DNA of 64,000 nt from a virus. Below, piece after piece: positions 10,110 to 20,194 of the stretch. The translations under genes and the position numbers were made by a program. Each line of letters begins with the position of its first letter. Within the stretch, counting starts at the first letter, position 1. A model generated the notes under the pieces. The model made no database searches. It was not told the origin of the DNA and was given only the letters and a program-made list of their open reading frames with translations. Location: positions 5,774 to 69,773 of the IMG/VR virus record IMGVR_UViG_3300034280_000973; one strand, given 5' to 3'.

Positions 10110-10137
10110 ATTATAGCACAGGAGAGAGTTTTGTCAA
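10110..10137 (-). promoter_or_regulatory. Sigma70-type promoter TTGACA-N16-TATAAT
   Basis: TTGACAaaactctctcctgtgcTATAAT. Confidence 0.85.
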
Positions 10138-10154
10138 GTGAGTTCTGGAAATAA

Positions 10155-10886
10155 TTACCAACTACGACATGCCCAATAGCGGGCCTTCCATTTAGGGCCG
10201 GGATTATCGCAATTATGTCTGGCCCTAAATGCTTTACGCCTTTCTGGTATATGTTTTTTTATAGATCTCTCTGGATCGCCGAACCGGACAATAACAACAT
10301 TACCGCTTTCGTTTTTAGTATAAACAGCAAATTTCTTTGGGCCGTTTGAAGTTCTAAAAGGTTTATTCAAAGTTACTTTACGCCCCTGATATTCAGCGGC
10401 CATAGCTTCTTCGTTTAATTCCTCAGAAATTTCTTCTTCGTTTTCATACCACTCATTTAAATCCTCCATGCAAGTTCCGGGGATATAAAAAGTGTCACCG
10501 TCTTTTGTTGTGTGCGTAAATATACTGTTCAGGCCGATCTTTTTTGCCATATCAAAAGCGGTTTGTTCTTCTCTAAAGAAAAACTCAGTCACCGATGCTT
10601 TTGCTCTTGACTGGGCCTTTTTCCATGCTTTAGGATCTGGCCTATCTTTTTCGCCGGGCTTAGCGGGTTTATAGTTTTTACCTTCTCTTTCTTTCTTCTT
10701 TCTGATGTTCTCCCAAAGGGAAGCTACACTTACTTCCTCTTCTTCGTCGTCTTTGTCAAATTCTTCAGGTGTTACATACTCGTATTCATATGGAACGAAA
10801 AATTCATAATCAACTTCTTCGGTAGTTCCGAGCATTGCTTCGCTATAAGAATCATCCAGCCTGCATAAAATATCTTTTTTTGTCAT
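10155..10886 (-). CDS. Conserved phage protein with basic C-terminal domain
   Basis: KKFAVY...VRFGD...RRKAFRARHNC...ARYWAC motif common in large phages. Confidence 0.7.
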   Translation of the reverse strand: MTKKDILCRLDDSYSEAMLGTTEEVDYEFFVPYEYEYVTPEEFDKDDEEEEVSVASLWENIRKKKEREGKNYKPAKPGEKDRPDPKAWKKAQSRAKASVTEFFFREEQTAFDMAKKIGLNSIFTHTTKDGDTFYIPGTCMEDLNEWYENEEEISEELNEEAMAAEYQGRKVTLNKPFRTSNGPKKFAVYTKNESGNVVIVRFGDPERSIKKHIPERRKAFRARHNCDNPGPKWKARYWACRSW

Positions 10887-10889
10887 TTT

Positions 10890-11609
10890 CTACTCATAAA
10901 ATAATGTGCGTTTTTGGTCTATACCGCAATAATGAGTAAACGCCTTAACTTCTCCACTATTGCTTTCGGTGATATTATCGAAAAATTCATGTTTTAAGTG
11001 CGGCATTGCCATTTCAATGATACATTCATCGTTTGGAAAATGCCCGTACAATGATTCATACCCACAAATAATGCTCACAGGCAAGCTAAGCAAGGTTTCA
11101 TGTATTACTTTAGCGGCTTTTTTATTGATTACAAACATCGCCGAGTTAATTTTGTGATAAAGCTTTACTTCGTCACCAAACATAAACTCGTAAAAGTCAT
11201 ACTTTTTCTTACTGAATTCGTCAAAGGCATGATAGTGTAGAGGTAAAAAATTGTCATAGACTATAGCTATCTCGGGCCGCTCGGAATCGTTAGCATATAA
11301 TTCCAGCGGGTCTACTTTATATGCTAGCTCCTTGTTTATTACTACATCAGAATCTATCCATAGCATTTTATCATATTTATTATTAGTAGCAAAGGCTATT
11401 ATTACATCAAGCTTTAACCAAGTTCCGTGCTCCCATAGATAGTCTGAACGATCATTAGAGAATTGATCTTTTTTTATTTCTATATCAACACCTAAAAAGT
11501 CGGCATATTCTTTGTAGTCTGCATACAATTCATTCCTGCGGGAATATTCTTTATCGTATGGATATAATCCCGTCAGGACATGCCCGGAAACAATTAGATT
11601 TTTTGACAT
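10890..11609 (-). CDS. GT-A glycosyltransferase
   Basis: WLKL...MLWIDSDVVI (DxD), INSAMFVI. Confidence 0.7.
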   Translation of the reverse strand: MSKNLIVSGHVLTGLYPYDKEYSRRNELYADYKEYADFLGVDIEIKKDQFSNDRSDYLWEHGTWLKLDVIIAFATNNKYDKMLWIDSDVVINKELAYKVDPLELYANDSERPEIAIVYDNFLPLHYHAFDEFSKKKYDFYEFMFGDEVKLYHKINSAMFVINKKAAKVIHETLLSLPVSIICGYESLYGHFPNDECIIEMAMPHLKHEFFDNITESNSGEVKAFTHYCGIDQKRTLFYE

Positions 11610-11736
11610 CTTTTAATTCCGCCACGGCATTTATTACAAAAACAAATGAGCTTATCTATAATAAGCCCGAATGCAATTGTAATCATTAGTATTATCGTTT
11701 CTATCGAGAATCCACATATGCAAGCAATCATTTTTA

Positions 11737-12201
11737 TCACCAAAAATTTGTAATAGGCTTGCCTTTAGATAGAGCATATTGAACGGTATGATAAGTTCCG
11801 CCCGACTGTATTTCTTGATTCCATAAAGCAAATACTATCGTGCAATCGTCAACCATTGCTTCATCACGTTTAAAAAACGCATTATTAGAGTACGATTCAC
11901 TAATATTTTTTATTACTTTAGCCCGCGAAAGAATATGATCGTATTCCTTACGGGATTCTTCCGGCCATTTATTCTGTTGCCCCGGAAAAGGAATATAGCA
12001 CGCAATAGGTATATCTAAAAATAGAGCCTCTTGTGCTAACCAAGTATCCCAACCAATAGCCATTCCCGTAATAACAAGCGATGGCCCGTATGCAAATAAA
12101 GATTCCCGTAACTGTTTTTTCTTTTCTATAAGCCAAGGATGCTTGGCATCATAAAGACATGGGCAATTCGATGGTCTATGTCCAGTTCCTGCAATAATCA
12201 T
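11737..12201 (-). CDS. SLOG family protein (YspA/DUF1273-like)
   Basis: GTGHRP, ITGMAIGWD, RDEAMVD, GGTYHTVQYA. Confidence 0.85.
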   Translation of the reverse strand: MIIAGTGHRPSNCPCLYDAKHPWLIEKKKQLRESLFAYGPSLVITGMAIGWDTWLAQEALFLDIPIACYIPFPGQQNKWPEESRKEYDHILSRAKVIKNISESYSNNAFFKRDEAMVDDCTIVFALWNQEIQSGGTYHTVQYALSKGKPITNFW

Positions 12202-12626
12202 ACGTCATATACCTTATTTTTACTAGAATTATTATTCATAGTAATATTATGCGGCCAGCTTTGCCCGTTACTGAAAGAGCAGAAACTAAAAACGCCCGTG
12301 GCAACTAATTTTTTCTCTCCACCCCAAGCCTCTACATGACATTCGACCAAAAACGACATTCTTTTTTTACCGAATCCGGTGGGGGTAACTGTTATTATGA
12401 TATAATCCCCAAGCTTTGCTCCATGTAAAAACTTGACTTCGTCTACACCGACTGTTAAGGCAGAGTCGCATCCTGTGTTGTATAAATATTGACGGGCTAA
12501 TTCTGCTGCGGCCCGATCCATTTTTAAAAGCATGGTGCCGCCGTGAACCATAGGACTGCCATCGCCCACTTTCATATAATTGCAGTCGCTAGGATAAACA
12601 GTAAAAGTTGTTTTATGTGTTTTCAT
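12198..12626 (-). CDS. Hotdog-fold acyl-CoA thioesterase
   Basis: VYPSDCN, HGGTMLLKMDRAA, TVGVDEVKF. Confidence 0.85.
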   Translation of the reverse strand: MKTHKTTFTVYPSDCNYMKVGDGSPMVHGGTMLLKMDRAAAELARQYLYNTGCDSALTVGVDEVKFLHGAKLGDYIIITVTPTGFGKKRMSFLVECHVEAWGGEKKLVATGVFSFCSFSNGQSWPHNITMNNNSSKNKVYDV

Positions 12627-12632
12627 TTTACC

Positions 12633-12959
12633 TCAATAGTTTAGCATCCAGAATTTTTCTACGGGCCACAAATCTTCGGGTTTTCTGTCTGATGGATCTA
12701 TTATATCGCCGTTAATCTTCAATGTCCAGTGCTTTTGTTTGGAATTTTTCTGGTTTTTATGAAGCTGTAACCAAACCCCTTTGCCATCTTTTTTATAAGG
12801 TAAAAGGCCATGCTTAGTTAAAAGTGAGACGATTTCAGCTTCGGTAGTGATTCCGTCATGCCCGACAAGTTGTTCCGCTGATTCGATAGTAATATCAAAT
12901 AGCATTGCTACTACGGTCTGGCCACAATTAGTCGGTTTGGTTTGTTTTAAGCGTTGCAT
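12633..12959 (-). CDS. Peptidase C39-like cysteine protease
   Basis: QTKPTNCG...HW...DP. Confidence 0.6.
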   Translation of the reverse strand: MQRLKQTKPTNCGQTVVAMLFDITIESAEQLVGHDGITTEAEIVSLLTKHGLLPYKKDGKGVWLQLHKNQKNSKQKHWTLKINGDIIDPSDRKPEDLWPVEKFWMLNY

Positions 12960-13159
12960 AGATCTACGTCTTTGTATTTTATAAGTTTAAAATTATTGTT
13001 GGGCCAGTCCGTTGTTCCGTTTTTAGCTTTAAGTTTTTCATATTCTTCTAAAGCTTTTTCGAGTGTATCGAATTCTTGATCGTAATCATAGCTATCTACA
13101 TTGAAGTGATCTAGGGCGTACCATTTGGTATATGAAAGTCTGTATTTGTATTTATTCAT
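12947..13159 (-). CDS. Hypothetical protein
   Basis: ORF in operon. Confidence 0.6.
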   Translation of the reverse strand: MNKYKYRLSYTKWYALDHFNVDSYDYDQEFDTLEKALEEYEKLKAKNGTTDWPNNNFKLIKYKDVDLCNA

Positions 13160-13700
13160 TATTTCTTTCAGTAATTTTTTGTAGAGCCTGTAGCTCCTTG
13201 AGCGTAAAAGCTAATGTATTTGCCCTATCTCTTTCTTCAAGAAAAGAAATATCTAGTTCACCGAGTCTATCTGCGGCTTCTTTTATGCATGATGTAGCAA
13301 CCCCGTCTTCACAGTGTATGTCTTCGGCTAGTATTTTTAGTGCATCTATTAATACTAAAGTATCTGTTTTCTTGAAATTAATTTCAGACTGATTTACACT
13401 ATCTTTATTTTTATATACATCTAATGTCATTTTAGTTATATCTCCTTCGATAGATAACCTTGGAACGATTCTTACGGATCGCCCGAACCTATTATAACAA
13501 TTCTCATGGAGCACCATTATTGCTCTTTTTGTTACTTCTACCCACCCGTCTTTTCTGTATTTAGTTAAAAAATCAACATTAGTTGAATTCAAAAATACGT
13601 CATTTTTTAGCGGCGGGTCTAAAAAAAAGTCATTTAAATAGCTTTCAAGTTTTTTGTCGTCTTGAAAAATTTCTTGTAATAATTTTGTTTTATTCATCAT
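13152..13700 (-). CDS. Hypothetical protein
   Basis: ORF in operon. Confidence 0.6.
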   Translation of the reverse strand: MMNKTKLLQEIFQDDKKLESYLNDFFLDPPLKNDVFLNSTNVDFLTKYRKDGWVEVTKRAIMVLHENCYNRFGRSVRIVPRLSIEGDITKMTLDVYKNKDSVNQSEINFKKTDTLVLIDALKILAEDIHCEDGVATSCIKEAADRLGELDISFLEERDRANTLAFTLKELQALQKITERNNE

Positions 13701-14016
13701 TATATATCCCTAGGGATACTTCCGCCCATTCTTTGGTAGTTATTTGTTTTACATTTTTATTTTCAGCGTGTCTTAATTTTTTATATCCACAACCCCACCC
13801 CTTTTCGCTCAGGCCACAAGCCGTACAGACTAGGTACGGAGGCAGGCTATCGCCACATGACGTAGCCGCTGGAACGTAAGGACGCTCGCGAATAGCACTC
13901 AGAGGATGCGGGCACTCTTTGATTGTTTTGTTTATGAGTTCTCTCTTTTCTATTAGCAACGCATCTATTTTGGTTTGTAGGCGTTCTAGTTCTATACTAA
14001 TTAAGTAGGGTTTCAT
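13690..14016 (-). CDS. Hypothetical protein (CPH...CxxC)
   Basis: ORF in operon. Confidence 0.6.
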   Translation of the reverse strand: MKPYLISIELERLQTKIDALLIEKRELINKTIKECPHPLSAIRERPYVPAATSCGDSLPPYLVCTACGLSEKGWGCGYKKLRHAENKNVKQITTKEWAEVSLGIYNDE

Positions 14017-14019
14017 ATT

Positions 14020-14250
14020 TCACCTAAATTCAAAAAATAATTTGCCAAAAAACATACTGATAAACATCATTATCGGTGCGAAAATTAATGATACAATTGC
14101 CAGTATTGGATTGGCAAGCAAATTTCCAATTCCCCAAAGGAATAGTAAAAACGAAATAAGTCCCGGTAATAAAAACAAAGATATTTTTATAAGAAAGCTA
14201 AACAAATCAACGGTATCTTTTAGTGTTTCAAGTAAAAATTGTTTATTCAT
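14020..14250 (-). CDS. Membrane protein
   Basis: Two hydrophobic helices. Confidence 0.6.
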   Translation of the reverse strand: MNKQFLLETLKDTVDLFSFLIKISLFLLPGLISFLLFLWGIGNLLANPILAIVSLIFAPIMMFISMFFGKLFFEFR

Positions 14251-14251
14251 T

Positions 14252-14701
14252 TTACATCAATTCCGGGTTTTCATAAATATTGCCGATAATTTCCCAATTC
14301 TTTCCGGGTGAGCGTCCGTAATAATACTCTACCGCAGGTAACTTACCATCTGATTGAATTTTAGGATCGTTAAAAACTAATTTACCGTCTTCAAAGTACC
14401 CTATTCTCAAAAGATTCCATCCTAAAACGCTGGCGTAATTTTTATCATTGAAATCGACCAAAGCCACTTCATCGTCGTAGACTGACTGTACGATATCGCC
14501 TTCGTAAATCTCTTTGCCGTTTTTATCTTTGAGGCCGGTATATTGTTGTATTACAAAATTATCATGACTCTCATTAAATAAATTAGGAAGAGGAAAATAT
14601 TTATTTAAAATAATATCATTGACATCAAACCATTTTTGCTTGTTGAAATTTGGGTTATCAGATTTGCCCTTACACCAAACTCTAAACTTAAATTCTCTCA
14701 T
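14252..14701 (-). CDS. YopX family protein
   Basis: MREFKFRVW, QYTGLKDKNGKEIYEGDI, EIIGNIYENPEL. Confidence 0.92.
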   Translation of the reverse strand: MREFKFRVWCKGKSDNPNFNKQKWFDVNDIILNKYFPLPNLFNESHDNFVIQQYTGLKDKNGKEIYEGDIVQSVYDDEVALVDFNDKNYASVLGWNLLRIGYFEDGKLVFNDPKIQSDGKLPAVEYYYGRSPGKNWEIIGNIYENPELM

Positions 14702-15186
14702 ATCATCCTCACTTCAACAATACTGTCATTAAACATCTCTATAGCGGCCACAGACTTTTTTGATTTTTTGGGCGAAACTTTCCACCCGCCAGCTATTGGC
14801 TCAATAAATTTTCCAAAACCAATTTTTTCCGGGTTCTTAAAAAGCTTTATTGGTAATTCTACTTGCAGATTTCCCCAAGATGGACAAACATAAATAAGTC
14901 CACCAGTCGGAACTCCAGAAAATTTTCTATCATCAATAGAACATACATTGCTTCTAGAAACACCGCAAAAGTTTTCTCCATTATACAATTCTACTATCGG
15001 AAACACGCCTTCGTATCTAAAAGTAAATGATAGAGGACTGCCTTGCGAAAGTTCGCTTATGCAAAAAGCCCGAAGTGAATTATTTGCTAAATTAATCATT
15101 TTCGTCTCCACGATATCTCTCTTTTCCTGTTCCATCACACCCACCGCATTTTGGTGAGCCGGTGTTGTCGTACCTGCCCGATCCAT
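14698..15186 (-). CDS. Hypothetical protein (true start likely MINLANN near 15099)
   Basis: ORF in operon. Confidence 0.5.
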   Translation of the reverse strand: MDRAGTTTPAHQNAVGVMEQEKRDIVETKMINLANNSLRAFCISELSQGSPLSFTFRYEGVFPIVELYNGENFCGVSRSNVCSIDDRKFSGVPTGGLIYVCPSWGNLQVELPIKLFKNPEKIGFGKFIEPIAGGWKVSPKKSKKSVAAIEMFNDSIVEVRMI

Positions 15187-15277
15187 TGCAAGCAGAGCAT
15201 GGCCTTTGTTTCCAGCCCTTGATGTGTTTTTCGTAGCGTATTTTACGCTCTTGTTTTCTGGTGTGGAAATCGCTCAT
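15092..15277 (-). CDS. DnaJ-type zinc finger small protein
   Basis: CSACNGSG...CGGCDGTG. Confidence 0.7.
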   Translation of the reverse strand: MSDFHTRKQERKIRYEKHIKGWKQRPCSACNGSGRYDNTGSPKCGGCDGTGKERYRGDEND

Positions 15278-15280
15278 GAT

Positions 15281-15814
15281 TTAACTAAGCATATCCCTCA
15301 CTTCCATTAAAGCAAATCCCAAAAGATTTTCTCCCGTCCAGTTATCGGGATTTTGATTGCGTTGGTCTGTAATTCCAAGCCCGATGCCCCATATTTTATC
15401 ATACGGACTAGCTTCCACAAGCACTTTGTTGCCCGTAGAGAGCAAAAATTCTTTAAGTTTTGCATGTGCCGAGAATTTAAATAGATTTCCGTCAACAACC
15501 ACCCTATATTTTACTTTATTCCATATTCTGTCGTCATATTTTTTGACTGCCCTTCCTAACGTTTTTGCTTGTCTTGGACATTTAGATTTTAAAATTTTAT
15601 CGAGTATTTCACAATCACCAAAGATGCTTGCCTTAAACCACATCATATAGTGTTCTGCCGTAGCAACACCTGCAAATGGTGCGTCATACCACTGACTTAA
15701 ACATGATTTGTTGATAGAACCATCTTTAGGCGGAGTGTGACCGTAAAAGAACAGATACTCTACCGGCTCGCCCGAAGCGATTTTATTTTTTAGCCATTGT
15801 AGATTGTATTTCAT
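15281..15814 (-). CDS. NADAR (YbiA-like) hydrolase
   Basis: FFYGH, LSQWY, AEHYMM, LVEASPYDKIWGIG, GENLLGFALMEVR. Confidence 0.92.
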   Translation of the reverse strand: MKYNLQWLKNKIASGEPVEYLFFYGHTPPKDGSINKSCLSQWYDAPFAGVATAEHYMMWFKASIFGDCEILDKILKSKCPRQAKTLGRAVKKYDDRIWNKVKYRVVVDGNLFKFSAHAKLKEFLLSTGNKVLVEASPYDKIWGIGLGITDQRNQNPDNWTGENLLGFALMEVRDMLS

Positions 15815-16350
15815 TCATCATCTCCGATTCTAATCCGGGCTTGTTTCCAAGCAAAAGGATGTGTTAGGCTTCTAAATCTGTAGCCATTTAAATAAGAAAC
15901 CTCGTCTGTGCCGACTAATTGATGTAGTTTGTTTTTATGCCATATTTGGTGATCGTAATCTCTAAATTCAACTGCTTTACCTATGTCATGCATGGTTGGC
16001 TCGCGATATCTAGTTTCCTGAACTGCCACCTGCGATAAATCTGGTTCAAATCTGGCCACAACAACATCAACACCTTCTAAGACTTCAACAGCTAGCCTAT
16101 GCAAACAATCGGGTTCATGATTTACTTGAGTAGATTGCTTGTCGAATCCACGTTTGTAATAGTTACCATACTCTGTGAGACAGTATTTACAGTAATCGCG
16201 TGCATATCCATCTTCAGCTAAAAAACTACCGTATACTAATTCATTTAAAATAGAATTAATCTTATGCTGACGACTATTAGTTTCCATATTTTTCTTTCTA
16301 AAAAAATAACCATTTAATAACCGCCCACAAAACTGCACCATAAAATACAA
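15811..16350 (-). CDS. Hypothetical protein
   Basis: ORF; true start likely METNSRQ. Confidence 0.55.
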   Translation of the reverse strand: MYFMVQFCGRLLNGYFFRKKNMETNSRQHKINSILNELVYGSFLAEDGYARDYCKYCLTEYGNYYKRGFDKQSTQVNHEPDCLHRLAVEVLEGVDVVVARFEPDLSQVAVQETRYREPTMHDIGKAVEFRDYDHQIWHKNKLHQLVGTDEVSYLNGYRFRSLTHPFAWKQARIRIGDDE

Positions 16351-16630
16351 TGCATATAAAAAATCTAATCATTGGATCAAAATCGGGAGGTTTATAAGGA
16401 TAATAAATCAGCGTCATAGCGGGTTTCTGGCTTTTCTAGCTTTTCTATTTTTTTAATTATTTCTTTTCTAGCTTGTTCTTGATTGAAGACATTTAACATA
16501 GTCATGCCACCCATAGAAAATAGCAATATAAAGGTTGCAAATTTAATGTCATCAGTGGTTGCTTGCGTCATTTTTTCCTTCCAATTTTTCTATCCTGCGA
16601 GTAAGATTGCTAGGCCAGTTTGAATTTGGT

Positions 16631-16900
16631 TTACTCATTATTTCGTAATAACTCCCAGCGTGTCATTGGATCTTCACAATAAACTAATCCGTACCTGTTA
16701 GTAGTTTTACATACAAACAAATAATTATAATTACTTTTAGCGTGTTTCTCCATAGATTTTAAAGATTCGCACACATCGCAGATATCGCCTTCCAATAAAG
16801 GAATAATAAATTCTATATTTTCAATATCTTTTACTACAACACCCTTATGCGAAAAAATTTCTGATTCTATAAAAATAATTTTTAAATTATTAATTAGCAT
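16631..16900 (-). CDS. Hypothetical protein
   Basis: ORF in operon. Confidence 0.5.
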   Translation of the reverse strand: MLINNLKIIFIESEIFSHKGVVVKDIENIEFIIPLLEGDICDVCESLKSMEKHAKSNYNYLFVCKTTNRYGLVYCEDPMTRWELLRNNE

Positions 16901-17423
16901 TTTTTTTATTCTTAATAAAATGATTTTTGATAATTCTATCTGCTTCTTGATCCCAGCGATCTATAAGCTCTTTATTGGCCTCAATAAAATCGCGACATTC
17001 TTTTAGTTCTAGCTCCGATAAACAAATATTTTCACCGAAAGATGCAATTCTATAAAACCCTCTATCAGTAACATTTGGCTTACCCGTAATACCCGCACAC
17101 AACATAGCCAAATCATCAATTCTAACTTTGATATGTACAATTTCTATGTCGTAAAGCTCAGGATTGATTGACTTTGACCCCGGACAGTCATAGTACATCG
17201 TTCCGAACCGTTCTTCTATTGTTATAGTGCAATTGTGGCGAGATTCAATATAATTTTTGACAATTTCCGCAAGTTCCAAAGTATTGCAAACGTGAGGAAT
17301 AATGCTGATTTTATCGGGCGAAGTTAGTCTATACATACTTTTATGAAATCCTTCATTAATAAAAACTTTCCACCTTTGGACTAATCCAAATCGTACAATC
17401 GCCTTCCTTTTTTCTCCATCCAT
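16890..17423 (-). CDS. Hypothetical protein
   Basis: ORF in operon. Confidence 0.55.
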   Translation of the reverse strand: MDGEKRKAIVRFGLVQRWKVFINEGFHKSMYRLTSPDKISIIPHVCNTLELAEIVKNYIESRHNCTITIEERFGTMYYDCPGSKSINPELYDIEIVHIKVRIDDLAMLCAGITGKPNVTDRGFYRIASFGENICLSELELKECRDFIEANKELIDRWDQEADRIIKNHFIKNKKNAN

Positions 17424-17507
17424 GCTTAACCAGAAAAGTCTCTTGTTCTTTTAGGTCTTTCTCGACTTCGTTTATTAATGCTTTTATGTTAACGTCTGGA
17501 TGCATAT

Positions 17508-17771
17508 TTAAACCTTTAATTTGAGAAATTTACTAATCTTTCCTTCGAACAATACGTCGAACTTATCGTCATACTTATCAACGAAACTTTCGCTGATCAT
17601 TATTTTTGTAGTAGGCGTTAGTTCATAATACTTTTCTGCAATTGCTTTTTGTAAAAACTCTTTTGCTTTTTCTAAAGAGCTTACAAAAAAGATATCTGTA
17701 AAATCTTTATCGTTACGGTCGTTAGACCAGTTATAGTTTTCTTCTATTTCGTAGATAATATAGAATTTCAT
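17508..17771 (-). CDS. Hypothetical protein
   Basis: ORF with GGAGG SD. Confidence 0.6.
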   Translation of the reverse strand: MKFYIIYEIEENYNWSNDRNDKDFTDIFFVSSLEKAKEFLQKAIAEKYYELTPTTKIMISESFVDKYDDKFDVLFEGKISKFLKLKV

Positions 17772-18136
17772 TCTGTACCTCCGTCAAGTAAAACAGTTAC
17801 TTTGTTGTGGCTATACTTGCCCACTGAAACTTTGCGATTGAGAGTGACCGAGCCATCTACAATATATATATAATGTTGTGATGCGTCATGAGAGGTCGAA
17901 GGCAATAAAACAGAATAGCGAATTACTTTGCGACCGTCTGATAAAATTCCTACTTCTTCGCCACCTTGAGACAAAGAGTTTATATTGTAATCTTTATGCC
18001 TTTTCAAATTTGCTTCATGATAAGAAGAAATATCAGGCTGATTACAGCCAATCGAGGAGGATATTATGGAAAACCCAGTGATAATAAGGCACCAGCCCAA
18101 CAATGTCCATATTAACAAATTCGCACAATGACGCAT
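17768..18136 (-). CDS. Membrane-anchored/lipoprotein-like protein
   Basis: N-terminal hydrophobic segment, IGC. Confidence 0.6.
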   Translation of the reverse strand: MRHCANLLIWTLLGWCLIITGFSIISSSIGCNQPDISSYHEANLKRHKDYNINSLSQGGEEVGILSDGRKVIRYSVLLPSTSHDASQHYIYIVDGSVTLNRKVSVGKYSHNKVTVLLDGGTE

Positions 18137-18468
18137 TATTTTTTGCTCCTTATAGTATTATGCACTTTAAATACCCCGCAATGTTTGCACGTTGACTCTT
18201 GCCGCCACCTGTCAATCTTTTCTTTTTCTTGCTCCGCTAAAACCCCTAGTTGTTCCGGCTCGTCCAGCAACGCATAAGGCAGTTCAGCGTGTCGGATTGC
18301 TCCGTGGGTAGCCGGGCCGTAGTAAAATGAAAAACTATTTTCTTTTAAATGGACGGCAGAATACAAGATTCCACTATTATCATTCATCAAATTAGCAAAT
18401 TTGCTTGCTAGCGATGTGCATTCATCTAATAGTTCGCGGGCTGTTTTAATTTTTTCAGTTGTATTCAC
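18136..18468 (-). CDS. Hypothetical protein
   Basis: ORF in operon. Confidence 0.55.
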   Translation of the reverse strand: MNTTEKIKTARELLDECTSLASKFANLMNDNSGILYSAVHLKENSFSFYYGPATHGAIRHAELPYALLDEPEQLGVLAEQEKEKIDRWRQESTCKHCGVFKVHNTIRSKK

Positions 18469-18728
18469 TATTTAATCCTTATTAATTCATCGAATTCTTT
18501 TGTCATTCTGTATATCTTACAGCTTTCTAAAGCCGCCAGCCCCCTTCTTAGAGCATCTACTTCTGGCCCTTGACGATTCGAAAGAAAACATTCAATTGCA
18601 AGAATTTTATATAATTCCAGCGGTGAAATGTACGTTTCCTTAATTACATTTGTCCAATGAGGACTCAATGCTGAAATTAGTACAAATTCTTGTTCAGAAT
18701 ATTCACACAAACTTCTTGATGGGAACAT
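18468..18728 (-). CDS. Hypothetical protein
   Basis: AGGAG SD. Confidence 0.55.
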   Translation of the reverse strand: MFPSRSLCEYSEQEFVLISALSPHWTNVIKETYISPLELYKILAIECFLSNRQGPEVDALRRGLAALESCKIYRMTKEFDELIRIK

Positions 18729-18736
18729 TTATACTC

Positions 18737-19108
18737 CTAGCTTATAAAAACTTTTAATCCATAATAACATCTATTGTTGCTACAAGTAATCTTTCTACCA
18801 AAATAACTTGCCAACTCTTTTAGTACAACAACGGGATCTGCACCGTCAATCGGCCACTTTAGTTCGTCTGCGAACTCAAGATATGATTGTGTTTGGTGTT
18901 CATGAAATAGAATTATTGCTGCAAACCCCTTTTTATATACGCGCTCGTCTACTATAAATCTAACTATCTTACCACTCTTTAAATTCCAACTATTGACTAT
19001 ATTAATAATCGTTTGAGTTTCTGGAAGTAGCTGCTTTTGTGCAAAGCAAACTTTAGGAGCGAGTAATGCGGCCCCAATTATTTTAATCGCGTTTCTTCTT
19101 TGTATCAT
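18737..19108 (-). CDS. Hypothetical protein with Tat-like signal
   Basis: MIQRRNAIKIIGAALLA. Confidence 0.6.
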   Translation of the reverse strand: MIQRRNAIKIIGAALLAPKVCFAQKQLLPETQTIINIVNSWNLKSGKIVRFIVDERVYKKGFAAIILFHEHQTQSYLEFADELKWPIDGADPVVVLKELASYFGRKITCSNNRCYYGLKVFIS

Positions 19109-20094
19109 ACTGTCACTGCTCCTACGTCTATTTTATCATGCGGGTTGTAGTTTGTCAACAAAACATCTTTCCATTCCCACTCAAAAATCGAAAATTTTCC
19201 GTCCTTGTCAAGAATTTCAATTTGCGGAAGTTCTTTTTCTTCTCTTTCGATAAGTTTCTTTGCGGCCTCCATATGATTTTCGTAAATATGGCAATCTGCT
19301 AGTGTTCCAACTAGCTCTCCGGGTTTTAAGCCGGATTCTTTACATAAAAGCATTAGTAACAGCCCGTAAGAAGCTATATTTGCACCTACGCCGAGCAGTA
19401 GGTCGCAACTTCTTTGATGCCAAATCAAGTTCAATTTATCGCCGTATACAACAATGTTCCACGCCCAATGACAAGGCGGAAGTGCGGCCATATGCATTTG
19501 ATTCGGATTCCATGCTGAACATACCATTCTGCGATCATAAGGACTAGACTTGAGTTTATCAACTATAGACTTAAATTGGTTGAATCCATCCGGAAGACCA
19601 GTTTCGTCAGAACATAAATCATTGAAACTTTGCCCGTAATCATATGTTTTCCCAAAGTTAACCCATTGATAGCCATAAATAGGGCCGAGATCAGTTAGCT
19701 CTTTTTGTGCTTCTTTTTTACGATTATTCCATTCTGCTTCAAGTGTTTTTCTTGGAGTTGCTTCGTCATATTTAAACTCTTGAACATATTTATGCTGATT
19801 TACTAATTTGGGGTTTGCCCACTCGTCCCAAAATTTGCATCCACGCTCCTGAAACCATCGCTTGTCAGTCACGCCCTTTATGAATCCCTCAAGTTCTACA
19901 CGAATACTCTTCCAAGGCATTTTACGAAGCGTTGTAAGCGGGAAGCCCGCACTCATATCGTGGCGAAAGATTTCGCAGAATGTTCCAACGGTTCCATTTT
20001 CTACGGGTATAACATTGCCTGCGGCATCATATCGAGTTGCTTGCTTGGCTACGCCATTATTTACTACGTTTTTAATAATCTCTAAATAGTTCAT
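19105..20094 (-). CDS. thyA: Thymidylate synthase
   Basis: LGPIYGYQW, RRMVCSAWNP, ALPPCH, QRSCD; start MNYLE with AAGGA SD (37-codon in-frame leader upstream). Confidence 0.95.
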   Translation of the reverse strand: MNYLEIIKNVVNNGVAKQATRYDAAGNVIPVENGTVGTFCEIFRHDMSAGFPLTTLRKMPWKSIRVELEGFIKGVTDKRWFQERGCKFWDEWANPKLVNQHKYVQEFKYDEATPRKTLEAEWNNRKKEAQKELTDLGPIYGYQWVNFGKTYDYGQSFNDLCSDETGLPDGFNQFKSIVDKLKSSPYDRRMVCSAWNPNQMHMAALPPCHWAWNIVVYGDKLNLIWHQRSCDLLLGVGANIASYGLLLMLLCKESGLKPGELVGTLADCHIYENHMEAAKKLIEREEKELPQIEILDKDGKFSIFEWEWKDVLLTNYNPHDKIDVGAVTV

Positions 20095-20194
20095 TTTGTT
20101 ATTCCTTATTTTCTTTCCATGTGAATTTATCGCTTCTAAGAAGTCCGAAGCATCACCAAATCTCCATCCGGCTGCTTCAAGAGCTTTTTTTGTT

